Shown here: in pieces, positions 38,456 through 53,058 of the stretch | Numbering within the stretch: the first letter of the stretch is position 1 | How the letters are laid out: each line of letters opens with the position of its first letter | Assembly: GCA_965153285.1 (NCBI GenBank) | Contig: OZ229112.1 | Direction: 5' to 3' (one strand) | Source of the DNA: Podarcis tiliguerta | Lineage: Eukaryota | DNA: 64,000 nucleotides | Made by a program: the position numbers and the translations under genes | Notes under the pieces: model-generated | What the model was told of the DNA's origin: nothing | Databases searched by the model: none | The model's input: only the letters and a program-made list of their open reading frames with translations

Positions 38456-39518
38456 GAAAGCCAGGCAAAATAAAAAGGGGTTTATTTCAGCCTAGAAACC
38501 AGCATGGTTAGGGCTAACTTAACTTCTTTCTGGAGGGAATTCTGTAGCAGAGGTAATGCTCACCGGGGTGGGGTGGGTATCAGCAGATGGTGATTTGATT
38601 TCTTGAGACTGTGTTCCATCTCTTAGAATCACACTGTGACTTTAATCTTTCTGGCATTTGGCCTTCTGTTGAGCATTTGCCCTCAGAAGCTTCATTAGCT
38701 ACTTGGCTTCACAGCAACCTAAAAACATATTTCCTGTTCTTGCTGGCCGAGGAAGCAGATTTTTTTATTTGGCTTTCTACATCTTCATTAGTTACCACTA
38801 GAGCCCACAGCAGTCCCTCTTGGCTTCCTTAAATTAGCACTAGCTGCTTTTCCTCTGTCCCTAGGCAATGCTACTTTCAGATAAACAAAGCCTCCATCCA
38901 CTAAGGCAAAAATGAGACAAATGACACACACACTGTGCCCTCCACAGTACAAATAGCCAGTGCTCCGTTAAACAGTGCCCTGCAAATCAATCAGCCAGAC
39001 AATGCGGCAGCACAGACCAAAGATAGACAACAAGGACATTTGACTCTTACTCAATCACATCAGAGGAAGAAGAACCTAACAGTTCTAACTCATGTCTACC
39101 TAGGGAAATGAAAGAGTTGGGGACAAGAGACCTTCTCACCGAGCTCTTCCGGGTCAATGGTCAGCAGCTGGCATTGAAGTAAGGCTGTGCGCCAAGGAGT
39201 GAAAAGGTACAAAAATATGTAGATACCAAAACAGGGGCACAATACTTTCTCAGAAATGATACTCTGTCAAGGATGAAGTTTTATATATATATCACATTGA
39301 TCAATCAAGAACAAGTAATGCCGGCCCATCAGGAAGTGTCACTTAAAGAATATGGACATCACAAACATCTACAGTACCAGTACTGGGCCCGTGGATACTT
39401 TTTAGGGGTGGTGGGAGTGGGGTTGGGAACTTATTTTGCACTTTGCCACCACTTTCAGCAGAACTCTCATCTTAGATCAGTATGGCTTATAACTAGACTT
39501 TGACACAGTCAAGAAGTA

Positions 39519-39760
39519 CAGTGGTACCTTGGGTTACATGCACTTCAGGTTACATACGCTTCAGATTACACACTCCGCTAACCTAGAAATAGTGTTTCAG
39601 GTTAAAAACTTTGCTTCAGGATAAGAACAGAAATCGGGCTCTGGTGGCACGGCAGCAGCAGGGGGCCCCATTAGCCAAATTGGTGCTTCAGGTTAAGAAC
39701 AGTTTCAGGTTAAGTACAGACCTCTGGAACGAATTAAGTACTTAACCTGAGGTACCACTG
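39519..39760. mobile_element. Tigger-like MITE
   Basis: TA-CAGTGGTACC...GGTACCACTG-TA. Confidence 0.93.
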
Positions 39761-41309
39761 TATTAGATAGTTTCAAAAGCATCACTGAAAGTTCAGACTA
39801 GGAAACTTTTTGACTGAAAAATAGAAGAATCATGAAATTCCCTCAAGTGGAATAGGTGCAGTGTTGTGGATAATGGCATTTTAAAAAAATAAACATAATT
39901 AAAAATGTAATTAAAATAATTTAATGTTCTTGGATCAGAAAGCCAGTTTAGTACTGCTGACATTCTATTGCTATGCAACTTTTTTAAAAAAAAGAAAATA
40001 TAAGCTCATTAATTCAATGGTTGTGGTTACTTTTCCATTGAATTTAAAAAATACAAACTAACTTCAAGAGCAGCAGGCAAGCAAACTATTTTCCTAACCC
40101 TGAAAAGGGGACATCATAAGATAAAGAACCACTTGTAAATTCAAGTTTATAAAGAATACAAATTGAAATTCAAGATATGCATCAGACAGCACAATCTTCA
40201 AAGTATAGAATCAGTGTAATGTAAGCATGTTTAATATTGATTGGGACATGCACAAAGATGGTTAGGTTGGGCCATTATGCTACTCTGGCAACAAATGTAG
40301 GAATCACACCAGGATTGCTCCTTCCTATGGCACTTGGGTAACAGGAGAAGCTCAAGAACACATACATGGCAGGAGTCCATTCAATGCCAGAGTTAAAGCT
40401 AGTTGCCCAGGGCTAAATGATAGTGTGGAGGCAAGCCACAAACTGAACTCTTCCTGCTTATATGGGGCATTTCACACTATTCTGGTAGCTGCCACACTGC
40501 CAGGGCAACATGAATACCAGGCCTTGGAACTAAAAGGCAGCACAAGCTTGATCTTAGTTGTGAAACGTGTCCTAAGACAGGGCAGGGATATATCACTCTT
40601 CATTCCTCTAGTGCTAACTATTTTTCAAGGTTATTTATGAAACAGTCAAGTGACACAGCCATAGGAGAGACCCCTTCAGTCCACTTGCCCTCTCAAGCCC
40701 TTTCTCCCTGAAAAGAAGCTCCATCTGCCACTATTTTCACTAAAAAGAATACTTTGTAAATGAACATACATACAATTAGAGAGATTTCCCCCCCGAGCGT
40801 TCATTTCTGTGGAACTGTTCCAACAGTTCCAGAAAACTTCTGTAAGAAAGCATATCTAATTATATTTAAATGAGTCCACTGAGAGTGCTAAGCATATCAA
40901 TCCCCAGACTGTTTGCAAATCTATGGCAAAAAAGATTAGCTATTACTGGAGATTAGAATGATGGAACAGCCTAAACACCCTTAAAATGCACCAGGAAAGC
41001 TATGGGAAGGACCCTGGCAGGGTCAACCTGCTATGTTCTTCACTTTACCACTCACACTTGTGGATAGCCTGTGTCTACAAAGCTAAGACTGCAATCCTAA
41101 GCATGCTCAGCTAAATGCTCAGGATTGCTCTACACAATAAGATGCACAAAAACCTTTGTATGCGCACATGTAGAACTAGGTAAGCAAGGGTGTGTATACA
41201 TGTGTGAAGTTAGCATGCTGTGTAGAAGAACAAGCTCTCTGTCCCTTTTCCAGTTCCATGCCCCCCCCCCACTACATAACATATGTGTTTGCGCACTGGA
41301 AGGCATAAT

Positions 41310-41540
41310 AATGAGGTCCATCTCTGAGGGCTTTCTGGCAGTTCCATTTCTGCGCAAAGTGAAGTTACAGGGAGCCAAGTGGAGGGCCTTCTCGGTAGTG
41401 GCGCCCGCCCTGTGGAATGCCCTCCCTTCAGATGTCAAAGAGAAAAACGATTATACAACCTTCCATAGACCTCTGAAGGCAGAGCTGTATCGTGAAGATT
41501 TTAATGTATGATGGGCAGGGTACAAGTAATATATTATTAC
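41310..41540 (+). mobile_element. L2 LINE 3' fragment, same family as 19169-19583
   Basis: RSISEGFLAVP..KLQGAKWRAFSVVAPALWNALPSDVKE; shortened 3'UTR ending gatgggcagggtacaagtaatatattatt. Confidence 0.85.
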
Positions 41541-43365
41541 CCAAGTCCCAGAATAAGACACATAAAGCTCTTTCTTTCACCTAAGATTTTACCTTTAATA
41601 GGCATTTGGCACAACTAAAGTATAATGTGATAGTTACAGTTATATAAAAAATGTCTTCCTATGAACTGGCCCTGAAACTTTGTTTTGCTGAGGAGGAAAA
41701 CAATGCCATCTCACTGATTTTGATACTCCTCAAGACTAGCTGTCTCGAGCCCTGAATTATAGCCAGTATATAAGATATTTTCGTTCAAGACCTTCCAACA
41801 GCAATTCTACATCTGCTCCAGTGAAGAGCAATCTTCTTTTTTTCCATTTTCAGTATCACCAAATGGCCAATATCAATCTGTGATGATGACATAAAAAACA
41901 ACTGAAAGGCGAAATCTCGAGGTTATTAGGAACGTTTATGTCAACAACATCGTTAATGTAGTACCAAAATAAATACAAAATAAAATTGAAAGCTGGAACT
42001 TCAACCTTCACTCTGCATATGTGTCTCTAGAGACAGATTTAAATGTACAGGTCTGACAGTAATAGCTTCACATAGAGAAAGAGAGGAAAAGTTCAGGATG
42101 GTAAAAAATATTGATATTTTTATTGGCTCACAGTTCCCATATTAGTACAAGATAGCTGAGGCAAAAATGAGAATAATCTTTCATTCTTTTCCTTACTTAA
42201 AAATTGCTCAAAATATAACTAATGGCCAAAACATATAAACTATTAGTGCAGTTAACTCATCCCAGTCAAAATGCCAGCTGATTTACCAAAAATTTGACTG
42301 TTAAAAGTGGATGGAAAATGTTAACAACAATGCCTGTTAAATGTCTTTGAACAATTCTAAAATGTGGGTATTTTAATACAGTGGATCTCCAGGGGTCCAC
42401 AAATTTTGGCTAACTTCATACCCAACTAAGTGGTTCAACATTTACGTTGTTTGCTTTCTTCTTTTTTACTAACAGATGGAAATGTAAATTATGTGAATCC
42501 ACCACAAGATTTGCCTTTTATCTTTATTTGCAACATTTGAAAGCAGCCCGATCTGTTTTGAATCTGTTCTGTGCCATCCCAATTACATTAGTTATTGGGT
42601 CCGGATCTCATCTGTTAAATCTGAAACTGTAACTTTATTCCTTTTCGTGCACGTGGATGAAATTTGTAGGCAAATGTACCCCTCCTGTCGATTAAGTCTG
42701 CCATGTTTTAGTCAGACCCAGACAGGAGTTTTCTTGTATAACTGCTTTACTTTTTTGTAAGAAAAAGTACCCAACTTTTTTACTTAGTATTTTCTGCCAA
42801 AATTAGATGCAAATTGCAGGCATTCTTGCCCCTTTGAGGATATTAAACCCGCCAAATTAGGTGGTTCTCTTGCAAGGGTGGGCACTAGACACATTTCATC
42901 CCATAATTTTTGATGGTACATCAATTTCCAAAAGTGGGAACATCAGGGAGTTACCCCAAGTAAGAAACCTGCTGAAGTTCAGACAAATGGGCTCAGTGGC
43001 TATTTTGATAGGTGAATTTTAGCTTTGTTTTTAAAGGGGGGGAAAGGCACAGGGTTTTTCCACCACCCCTAGTTCCTGGAAGTACCCTTCATGACGAAAA
43101 GAAAAGAAAGAGCTTTTATTTCTTTTTGTTTGTCAGTAAAAAGAACAAGTGGGAAAAAGCAGGCCACCTCAAGAGTCTAACTCCACTGCTTATGCTCTCA
43201 CAGCCAAACCACAAAGGAGAATGACAACCCACATGAGAAACAACTTGGGTTCTTCATTCTCTCTCCCTCAATATCTCTTCTTCAGATCACTCTGATTGGA
43301 GTGATACCGAAAAATAATTTGCTGTGATGAAAAGTAGTCCTGTCTGTCCAAATGTAATATACCCC

Positions 43366-43368
<3 letters not shown>

Positions 43369-43409
<41 letters not shown>
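43369..43409. repeat. (TC)n microsatellite
   Basis: Direct inspection. Confidence 0.95.
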
Positions 43410-43413
<4 letters not shown>

Positions 43414-44771
43414 CCCCCCTCCTTTCCTATCCACCTTCCCCTCTCAAACTCTGGGTGTTTCCCCAGACAGCTTGATTTCTCAGAAAAGACAATGGTTGAA
43501 GGTAGGGAGTTCATGCATTTTAACTCTTTGGAAAAAATAATCCACCTCAAGGCATCTTGGTACTGTACTGTCTGATTTAGAAATCTCTCGAATCAATTGG
43601 ACACATTATTTGGGGAATAAAGAGCCAACAAGCACCCTGAATATCTATAACTATCAACAGTATATTACTAACATGTGTTAGTATCTTGAATGTTAGACAG
43701 TGGAAGGTCACTAATAGAACAATCAGAGCCTATGGATGAATAAAAGGCACCCTATATTTAGCTATGAACAGCCCTCACTTTTTAACTATATACTTCCAAG
43801 TCTGTAGGTTTTGGTCTGTGTTTGTTGTTTTACCACCTAATTTCATGATATAGACAATAACTAGGTGATTGTTTTCACAACTTACCATTTCTCTGTAAAA
43901 TAGTGAACATAACTATGGCAGAAAAGTCAAAAGACCCATATTGCCCAGTTAAGGTTCTTTTCAAACTGAACTATGCTAATGTATGGATTTGTTGCATAAG
44001 AGCATATGCAAGAGAGAAGTAGAAACAAGGAGACACTGCTGGAGTCTTTTGGCTGACAGACTGGCAGTGAACATTTTAACTAAATTAAATCTATTTTTTT
44101 ATCATGGAATCATTAAATTTTAGGAGTCTGTTATTGCAGCTTCACATCTTTTATCCCTCAAGCTTTGGAATCAGGAGAGAGTTTATTTTGATGTGTATGG
44201 CACTACTCATAATTTTATATAAACATAAATGATAAACAACATAAGCTCTTTGGCAGCAATTTCATTTTAGGAAAATACTTTACCATTGCTTCTTGTAAGT
44301 AACCCAGGGATACAAATATGCACCACCACTACACGGGATGGCTCTCACAATTCAAAATAATTGGGGGAGGAATGATAAAGGTTTTGATGTGAATAACTTT
44401 TTTATTTTCCTTTAAAAAAATCTACAGCAGATAATTAACCACTTAAAATGTTTCAAATCTGTACAGAAAAAGGTCACTGTATTTTTTCCTCACTGTATTG
44501 TTTTTTCAATAGATAATGTATTTTCTAATATGTAGTGACTAAGTTTCAGAGAACCTTAGACCAATCAGCTGAGAATACAGAGAGGGCTAATCTATGTAGG
44601 ACTAGACATCCTAACATAGGACTCTCCCAGCACTGAAAACATCTGTTTCCTGAAGAAGACAGACAGATTTGTTGCATTCCAAACAATGAAATCATCACCA
44701 GAATAAATATTTGTAGAGATAAAAACTACAGGTTATGCTTAAGAAAATATATTAATATTATGAACTTTGTT

Positions 44772-45099
44772 CAGGGCCGGATTTAGGTTTGATGAGGCCC
44801 TAAGCTACTGAAGGTGATGGGGCCCTTTATATATCCAGCTGTCCTTTGTCAACAAGAAATTGTCACTGTTTTTTTGTGTTGAATATAAGCTATATGGTAA
44901 TAAAGCCATTTGCACATAACAAAATAGGAGCCTATACAACACAAAACACTGTTGCTGTATGTAGGTTTTATTTTATTTGTTTTTTATCTTTTATTTTTGA
45001 AATGTACATCCAGTTTTTCCCCCTTTAATTTTTTGGGGGGCCCAAGAGAGTGGGGTCCTAAGCTATAGCTTGTTTAGCTTATACGTAAATCCAGCACTG
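44772..45099. mobile_element. hAT (Tip100-like) MITE
   Basis: TIRs CAGGGCCGGATTTA / TAAATCCAGCACTG; 8-bp TSD ACTTTGTT / TCTTTGTT (7/8). Confidence 0.85.
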
Positions 45100-45920
45100 T
45101 CTTTGTTAAAGCCATGACCCATCCTCCTACAGAAAGAACTGTTTAGGAAAGAGCAACTTGAGATGGATGTGTTCATTGGCAGAGCAATCTAAAAGATGGC
45201 CATGGGCTACATGGAAAGCAGTTGGAAGCAGCGTCAAACCTGCTCTTCCAGTCGAGAGGAATGAAAAGCAGCCGGAGGAGTGAATGGTATGTTGGTGGAA
45301 AGTCCTGCTGCGCTACCTCTACCACTGGTGATACTGCCCTAAACAGGGCACACCACTCCACTATAGGATTGTACCTTTATTCTGTATTTTTCTATATTGA
45401 AAAAAAGTATTTTATCAAGTGGCCACAAATGCCCCTGGAAGCAATGGGATAAGATGATATGCTTTTCTTCCCAGGGACATTGAATTTGAGTGGAAGAGAT
45501 AGTAACGGGGGGGGGGGGGGGCAATTATTTTCTTCCCACAGCACATTATACCTAACAATGCATACCCTCTCTCAGAGGCAGGCAAGATTTCTGGAAGTTG
45601 GGCTTGAGTGGCTCATAACTAAGAAAGGAGTATGTTTTCTGTTTATATCTGTTATTAGGTAAAAGAGAACAGTCAATAACTGAAAGAAAATTCTGTCCCA
45701 TACTACTTTTTTAAAGCAATCCAGCTTAGTCTTGGTTATTTCAAGCCCTTTCTCTCCCCGTCCCCCGCTTGTTCAGCACATCTTTACATCCAAGTTATGC
45801 TGTAACTGCTATCTAATCACAGTCTTAGAACTCACAGGCTTTCAAGTTCCCCACCCCCACCCCACTGTCCAAATATTCTCAAGGCCTTGAACTTCATTTA
45901 CAAATTGTCTTCTCAGTTGC

Positions 45921-46399
45921 TGTCAGGAAAAGCTGCCCCACATAGGAAGGGTTCTACCGATCCTATTATTATTATTTCATTTCTGTACAGTTGCTTTGCT
46001 TATCCCTCTTTTTAGCTTCGCTGAACCCCAGATTGGGGGAGGGACATTGAAATAATAATGTGGTGAATTCCTGAACTGAGGCTACCAGCCTTCTCAAATA
46101 AAACTTCTGGACTGACTCAACCCATCCAGTCTGGCCAGAGGAGCATTTGGGACTTCCTGTGTCCAGCTGGCTCTTCCTTGAACAACTAGATCCTCCTTTG
46201 TTCTGGCACTCCTGGTTATTCTTTTGTACCAACTTCTGCTTTGCTCCTTGGTCCTGCCTCCTGCCTTACACTTTGGCCCTGATCTGGCTTGCTCCATGAT
46301 TCTGCCTTTGGTTCTTACAGATCCTATGGCCCTTGCTTGTCCCCTGGCTGCTGGGCTGCTGGCTCACCTTAGATTATTGACCACAGCCAAGATCTGATA
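45921..46399 (+). mobile_element. Solo LTR (Gypsy/ERV-type)
   Basis: TGTCAG...CTGATA termini (degenerate TG..CA); 5-bp flanks GTTGC / GTTGT; pyrimidine-rich 3' half. Confidence 0.6.
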
Positions 46400-49089
46400 G
46401 TTGTATTCAAACACCCCCTTTTTATTCTACTCAGTACTACATATCCCAAATATAACCAATATAACCCTCTTTCCTCTATAATGTAACACTGGCCCAGAAT
46501 AATACTCGAGTCCCAGATTCTTGATGCCTGGGTAGCTTACAGGCTCCAACAAGGGAACCCTTTTTACTCTACATTCACAATGAGCCAACTTCATGCTTGC
46601 TTCAAGACAGGGATATCCTTCCCTCCCTTTCTCATTTTATTTTTAGTGTGTTGGTACCATGGCAAATGATCGTGCTCTCTCTAGGCTTTTGACAGAAATC
46701 CCATTTTACTCTTGAGTTCAAGGTGTGCATGCTGTATGATTTGCTGCTTGCTTATATTGCAACTTTTCTGTCTGAAAGCAACATCCATATACCTTGTCAC
46801 TTTTATTTCAAACCATACACCATTCTTTCTTCATTCCTCTGGTGTGTGAACTTCTGGGCTTAAGGCTAAGGGTAAACACATATGAATAACAGATACACAT
46901 TTTAACTTCAGTCTAAGATCCTAACCCTCTTGGGAGAGTGCATTGGGTGAACAAGCATGTAGGTCCAAACATACAGCTTGTAATGACAGGAATTTAAAAC
47001 CTAATACACCCAACCAATGAGCATCTTGTGAGCTTGATTCCAGAGCTTTAGTAGCTGGCATAGTTAATGCAAGCACTGATCTAGTTGAGGTCTTGCACTT
47101 GATATTTGGTTACAGATAGTTTTTCATGGGACAGCTTCCTGGTAGCTGCAAAGAGAAAGGTTACTACAGTGGCAGCTTTAGTAACTCCCTTACAACCAGC
47201 AGCTGTTCAGTGACCAGGAATCAAATATAAGTTGACGGGTGTAAGGGGCATTCATTTATAGGGGCTTACATCTATTCAAACTCAGCTTCTGCAATAAGCA
47301 GTTAACAAGCTGATTAGTTTAAACAGGATTATCCCTTGGGCTTTGCATGGCAGCACAACCAATAGCCAGTTACTCAGAGGTGAAAAGTGGTAGTTGGCCT
47401 GATAAAGCCTACAGGCCTTAAGCTGACAGAAACAGCTGTAGGATAAGTTTACAGAAATAAACTTCAGGTATCAGATTTGTGAAACTGCAACACTCTTATT
47501 TCTATTATCATCAAGAAACCAGCTGGTGAAACCACCTTGCACTTCTTCTGGGCTGGTAATGACTGCATTCTACCATCTTATTTAAAGTGTTAAGCCAAGT
47601 GTTCAGTCCAAGTTAGAGCAACCGTTTTCACAGTATCATCAGCATAAATTCTGCTCCTCACTACAGCAAATTAGAACCAAATTAACAACGGTTGAAATTA
47701 TGGCTCTCACCTGATTAAAGCACTCTAGTCAATTAATTGTACATGTTTTAGGCTGAAATTCAGTACCACTTACCTTAAAGTAACTACAATTGAATGCAGC
47801 AGGACTTCTTACTGAGAATTGTGCTTAGGGGTACAATCCAAACCCCACCTGTGGAGCAGTAGGGTTCAACAGAGCGGCCAGACAATGGCTGCACCTGCAG
47901 CCCTGCTGTTCATGCTAACCTGGGCAGAAGCTGGGGGACAAGTACATAAATTACCACTCCAGCCTGGAGATAGTGCATTGATTGGGCCTGAATTGGGCCC
48001 AGTGCTGACAAGTGACAGCAGTGGACCCAGGCCAGCTCACCCCTTCTCTGTCCCCAGAATACCAGTGTCAAAGTTCAAAGGGGCTTGTTATACCTGACAG
48101 TCAGCTGATCAACCATTACAGCAAATCTCTTTGAAGATGCACTGTCGGTGCTAGTCAGCTGTTCCAGGGAGCCCTTTTAAAGTCTGTATGCAGGCAATTT
48201 GGAATCAAGCTGTGCTTGCAAATGGACACCTTTCTTTTGCAGACATGACATTGGCTGTGGGGCAGGTGAATGGTTGGGGAAAGCAGGCTTGTGGGCCAAA
48301 CTGGGACTCATATTAAGCCTAATTAGGCCTGTGGACTGGATCATCCCCTCCCTTGATTTGACTCATTAATCAATTAAGTGTTGTAGCCCTACATGGAACA
48401 TCTGCACATTGCCTTTCCAGCATAATGAACAACTTTAACAGAGGCTTTTTGCTTTGCAATATGTGTAGCTATGTGGTAAATTGTGGTTGGCAGTTATCCA
48501 CTTGGACACTAAATATTGTAAATTGCAAAATGCAATGCCTCTCAATACAGAAGCAGCATGAAAATATCTCACTTAGAGTTGATAGGTGTATAACAAGGTA
48601 TGAACAAGTTCTATGCATGATAATGAAGTAGAGCAAGTGACCTCAGAAGATGATTTGAATTGTGTCCAAAATAAGGATATCTGTTTTCCTCTGCAATCTG
48701 CTTAATGCAGACTGTATTAGTAGCACAACTCCACACAGCTGTGTTTCTCTAGCAAAGGAGGATAAAGCTGGCTTTCAGATTTTTTCAAAATGTACTTCCT
48801 AATTGGATTTGCTACCTTTATCTGTATTCAAGCTGCTACTTATTTATTTTTAAATAACCCCATTCTGGCAACATTTTATATACCCCAGTAGCACAACTAA
48901 TGTAAGAGCAGATCAAATTCTACATTAACTACCAGCTGTAGTACTGCCCATTCAAAAATACAGGTTGAGAGAAAAAATAATGCAAAATGAGAAAAATTTG
49001 TTTTTTCCTAGTTTTCACTTAGTTGCACAAACCCTTCAGGATAAGTTACTTCATAGACCATTTCACACTCCCAGTACTTCTTATGTTAT

Positions 49090-49750
49090 ATTGTCCAGCC
49101 CCATGACATCATTTTACCCAAGCTCACAACGTTAGTCATAAGCTATTGCAACATGGAACGTTTGTTACTAGCAAACCAATTTGATATACAAGTATTGAGG
49201 GAGCAATGGAATAAAGAATTAGAGATCTCAATTTTGACTACACAGTGGGAGACTGTTTTAAGTGCTATTACAAGGGTGTGTCTGGACCTTAAATTGAGGT
49301 TCATACAACAAAAAATAATATTTAGAATATACTGGACCCCATAAGGTTTGTTTAAAAAAGGGCTATCTAAAGTATCTAACCACTGGAGATGCAAGAGCAA
49401 TAATGCTTCTCTAAAGCATTTTTTCATTGTTCTATATTGAAAGATTTTTGGCAGAAGGTAACTGAAACTATGAACAGTACTGTACAGAAAAACCTTACAT
49501 TTACTGATACCCTTTTGAATTATATGCCCAGCACATTACAAAAGGACAATATGAGTGGACTCTCTGTGCCCTTACCACAGCCAAAAGACTGATACTGATG
49601 AATTGAAAAAATAAAAATATGGCTTTCTTCTATAATTGGACTGAAGACTTATACAAACTCGCAACATATGAACAACTTGCATATAAACATAGACTTGTCG
49701 TGGACAAATTTAATGATATTTGGAATCCATTCCTACAAATACTGTAATAG
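49090..49750 (+). mobile_element. L1-clade LINE ORF2 C-terminal fragment, decayed
   Basis: QWNKEL...W...LRFIQQKIIFRIYWTP*...WRC....SLKHFF, resembling the L1/Tx1 C-terminal zinc-binding region. Confidence 0.8.
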
Positions 49751-49962
49751 GTTAAAATCTAGTGAAGTACAATAACAACTGTGTAAAGTACACAGTTTTG
49801 GGTTGTTGTTTTTAGCTAATTCATGGTTTGGAGGCTTGTTAATTAATCTATTGTCAATGAGTTCAGAATCTCAATTCATACTCAGTCTAATGTATGTGCT
49901 TATTTTGAGGCACAGAGCTACTCCATCCAAAGCATGTCCTGAAATCTTAAGAGATCACTTGG

Positions 49963-50460
49963 TTTTATTATTATTATTTCATTTATGGATCACTTTGCAT
50001 TAAACATCCTAAAGTACTATTAAACAATAAAAAACTATCAATAATAAAATATATACAAATACAATTTCTAATGCAGATAAAGACTGTGATTTTAAAATGC
50101 ACATATAAGGCTTGCTGGAAGAGGAAGGTCCTCAATAGGCACCAAAAAGACAATCAAGATGGTGCCTGTGTGATAGATAACAGGAGTGAGTTCCACTACC
50201 CCCCATAAGTCTGATTCCTACATTGTCTGCAGACGGACCTCTTCTGCAGAGTACATTGATCAATTGGGGATATAAGAGGTGAGATGAACTTTTAGGCATC
50301 GTGGTCCTGAGCTTTATAAGGCTTTGAAAGTAGCATGGTAGCTAACTGGTGGTAGTCACTGTAATCCTTCCAGCAGGAACAATGTTTTGCATTAGATACA
50401 AGTTCTAGGCCAATCTCAGGGGCAGCTCTACAAAGAGCACATTGCACTTATTCAACCTGT
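49963..50460 (-). mobile_element. Old L2 LINE 3' fragment
   Basis: Reversed TTA-like tail; aaggcttgctggaagaggaaggtcctcaataggcaccaaaaag reverses to an FWCLLRTFLFQQA-type L2 C-terminus. Confidence 0.6.
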
Positions 50461-50574
50461 AGAGCTCACTCACTCAGGACTAAATCATGAATGATCTGGC
50501 ATGCATTACCAAGACCTGGGTGGGCAGGCTGGGAGTAGCTGGGGTACCTGGTGCAGCATCAACATAGGCTTTAG

Positions 50575-50600
50575 GGATGGATGGATGGATGGATGGATGG
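50575..50600. repeat. (GGAT)n microsatellite
   Basis: Direct inspection. Confidence 0.9.
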
Positions 50601-51359
50601 AGGGGGTTGTGGTACCCAAGACCCATCTCCATCACCAGGAAACCCCTCCATCCTAGAACTGGCTGTGAGGGTCTATGCCCGATATTGAGCCAAGGAGCCC
50701 TCAAGTGAGGGCTGTGGCTGGTTCACCCTGTTGCTCAGTGGCTTCTTTGATCAAACTGGCATCGTCAGTCTCAGATGTGGTGACAGAGGAACCAATAATG
50801 ATAGCTCTGGGTTACTTCATGACCCTTGCTGAGGTTGTCTCCAGTGTTCTGGCTCAGGACTTGCAGCACCAAAATTCCACTGCCAACTCTTGCTTTGAAT
50901 TGAATTCTATAACACTTTATTTTCAGTCACTGGGAAGTGTTTAATATGTGTTTGTTTGCTTGCCTGCCTACAGTATTTGTATTCCAGCTTTCAGCATTTG
51001 CCTCCCAGGTCAGCTTAAAGCATGTAACAATAAAACCAAATAAGAAATACAGTTTACAAAATCCCATAACAGCAACCAGTAATAGCAGCAAAGTCAGGCA
51101 GCACAAGAAATGGCAGAAGCAGCAGATAAAAATATTAACTGATGCCCAGAAAACAAAAACAAAATAATAAATTACTCTTTAATACTCAGGCAAAATGGAT
51201 GGTTCAGATCTGAAGCCTGAAAATTGACAATGATAGTCCCTAGCAAACATATATGGGGAGGACGGTCCACAACAAGACATCACCATAAAAATATTTTCCC
51301 CCTGATTTCCACTGGCTTAAACTCCAAAGGATGGGATAAGCAGCGTCATATAACCAAAA

Positions 51360-51910
51360 TGCTTGTTTAATTAATGCATGAAGTGGTTAAGACCATAGAG
51401 CAAGCTGTTCTGCAAGGTTTTGCTAGGTCACCCCCCCCTCACCTTGGGAGGAAGGGTTATCAAGCCTATGTTTTTCCACTTCCACTATGTGAACCCCGCC
51501 AGTCTGGGCTGGTTGCTCCATGCTCAGCCTGCATGGCTTAAGCAAGCCATCTTTCTGTTTCTATACAGAAATATTTATCACTTTGGCACCTAAGTTCTAC
51601 TGTCTGTGTTTTCTTACTACTGTATGAAAAAGTACCAGAATCTGACCTTTGAAAAGTTTGTAAGTAAACCTTTTTAACTTACCAAACTTGTGGTTTCTTT
51701 CTATGCTAAGGGAACAAGGGAACTTTGGAAGCAAGAAAGGGATGTTTTAAAGGTATAACAGCCTATGTTTTCATGCTTTACTTTTCTGCATGTTTTGTGA
51801 TTTTAAATCTCTGCTGGGGTTCTCTCACCAAAGTATAGTTGTTCCAAACCTGGATCTTAGTCAGACAGGCAATTCTCTATTTATTATACCTAGCATTTTT
51901 CCTGTTAACA
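51360..51910 (+). mobile_element. Possible ERV-type solo LTR within decayed L2-like sequence
   Basis: tgtaagtaaac poly(A)-signal-like motif near 51659; ends ...gttaaca; boundaries uncertain. Confidence 0.35.
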
Positions 51911-52830
51911 AAAAATGAATACAAAGATGGAAGCAACTGAAGGAGGATATCAGAAGAAGCAATTAAAATCTTACCACATTAATTATGTGAGGTGTTTCAG
52001 ACACACTTATGTCACAGGCCACTAATAATGTTATTAGGCCAGAATGAGCCTTTTGAATAGTGCCCAGAGATAGTGCCATGTTATTCTGTACCAAGTGAAG
52101 TTTCCAAACAATCTTCAAGGCAGCCCCATCCCTAATACACAGCAGTGATCCAATTTATGTCATAAGGCTTTGGTAAGGGTACGGGTAACACACTTTTTAT
52201 GATCACTGTTGCTGTTTGTTTGCCTTTTGACACACACTTCTAGTGACTTATGTCCTTGCCATCACCTAGACTGATAAATCACAGTGTCAACATCCATTTA
52301 CCATCTGCCAGTCATAGATTGGTATTCCTTACTTTCTAGGATTTGTTGCTATTTTTCTGCAACAGGCTAAAACCAATACATTTAGCGTGATAGATGTTGA
52401 CATATTTGAAACAAAAAGCATTAGACATGGTAAATTCATTAAAAGGTGGGTTAAGGTTTAATTGTACAAATTGTGTACATGGTGTATTTAGGGGGGGCAT
52501 GAATGCAATGTTTGTACGGCTCATTTTGATAGATGCATGATCTGCTGAACAATGATGTGTTCTTTTAAATCTTTATAAGGAACAGAGACTAGTATTTCCT
52601 AGCAAAATAATATCAGCAAAGTATTCAGCACTTTGAGCTCAACAGAACTCTACCTCTTGTGTTTGTGTATCTAGCTGTTAATGTCCTGCCTACATTGTTT
52701 GTTCACACATGGGTCGGGTTTTTAACTCTGAAGAAAAGAACCTGCAAATTTACAGTCTTTGAACAAACCTTGGCAATACATCTGAGGTAAATCAGTTCAC
52801 ACCTACATAGGTTCTTTTTTGGTGTTTGGG

Positions 52831-52835
<5 letters not shown>

Positions 52836-52863
<28 letters not shown>
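52836..52863. repeat. (GT)n microsatellite
   Basis: Direct inspection. Confidence 0.95.
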
Positions 52864-52865
<2 letters not shown>

Positions 52866-53042
52866 CAATACTCTACAATTTCTAGAAATTGTTATAAAAT
52901 GAAAAGAAATTACAATATCATCCTCCTCTCAAGATGAAACTGAATGCTGGTGGTGATACATATTCTGGAATCTGACAAGCATTTTCATATAAAAACAGAC
53001 ACTTTCACATCCAACAAGATTTGGAGAACTTTCCTTCATAAC

Positions 53043-53058
53043 CACACACACACACACA

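Noticed and set aside
41854-41921. Strong plus-strand acceptor ttttccattttcag
   Set aside because: Stops in all three frames and no good donor
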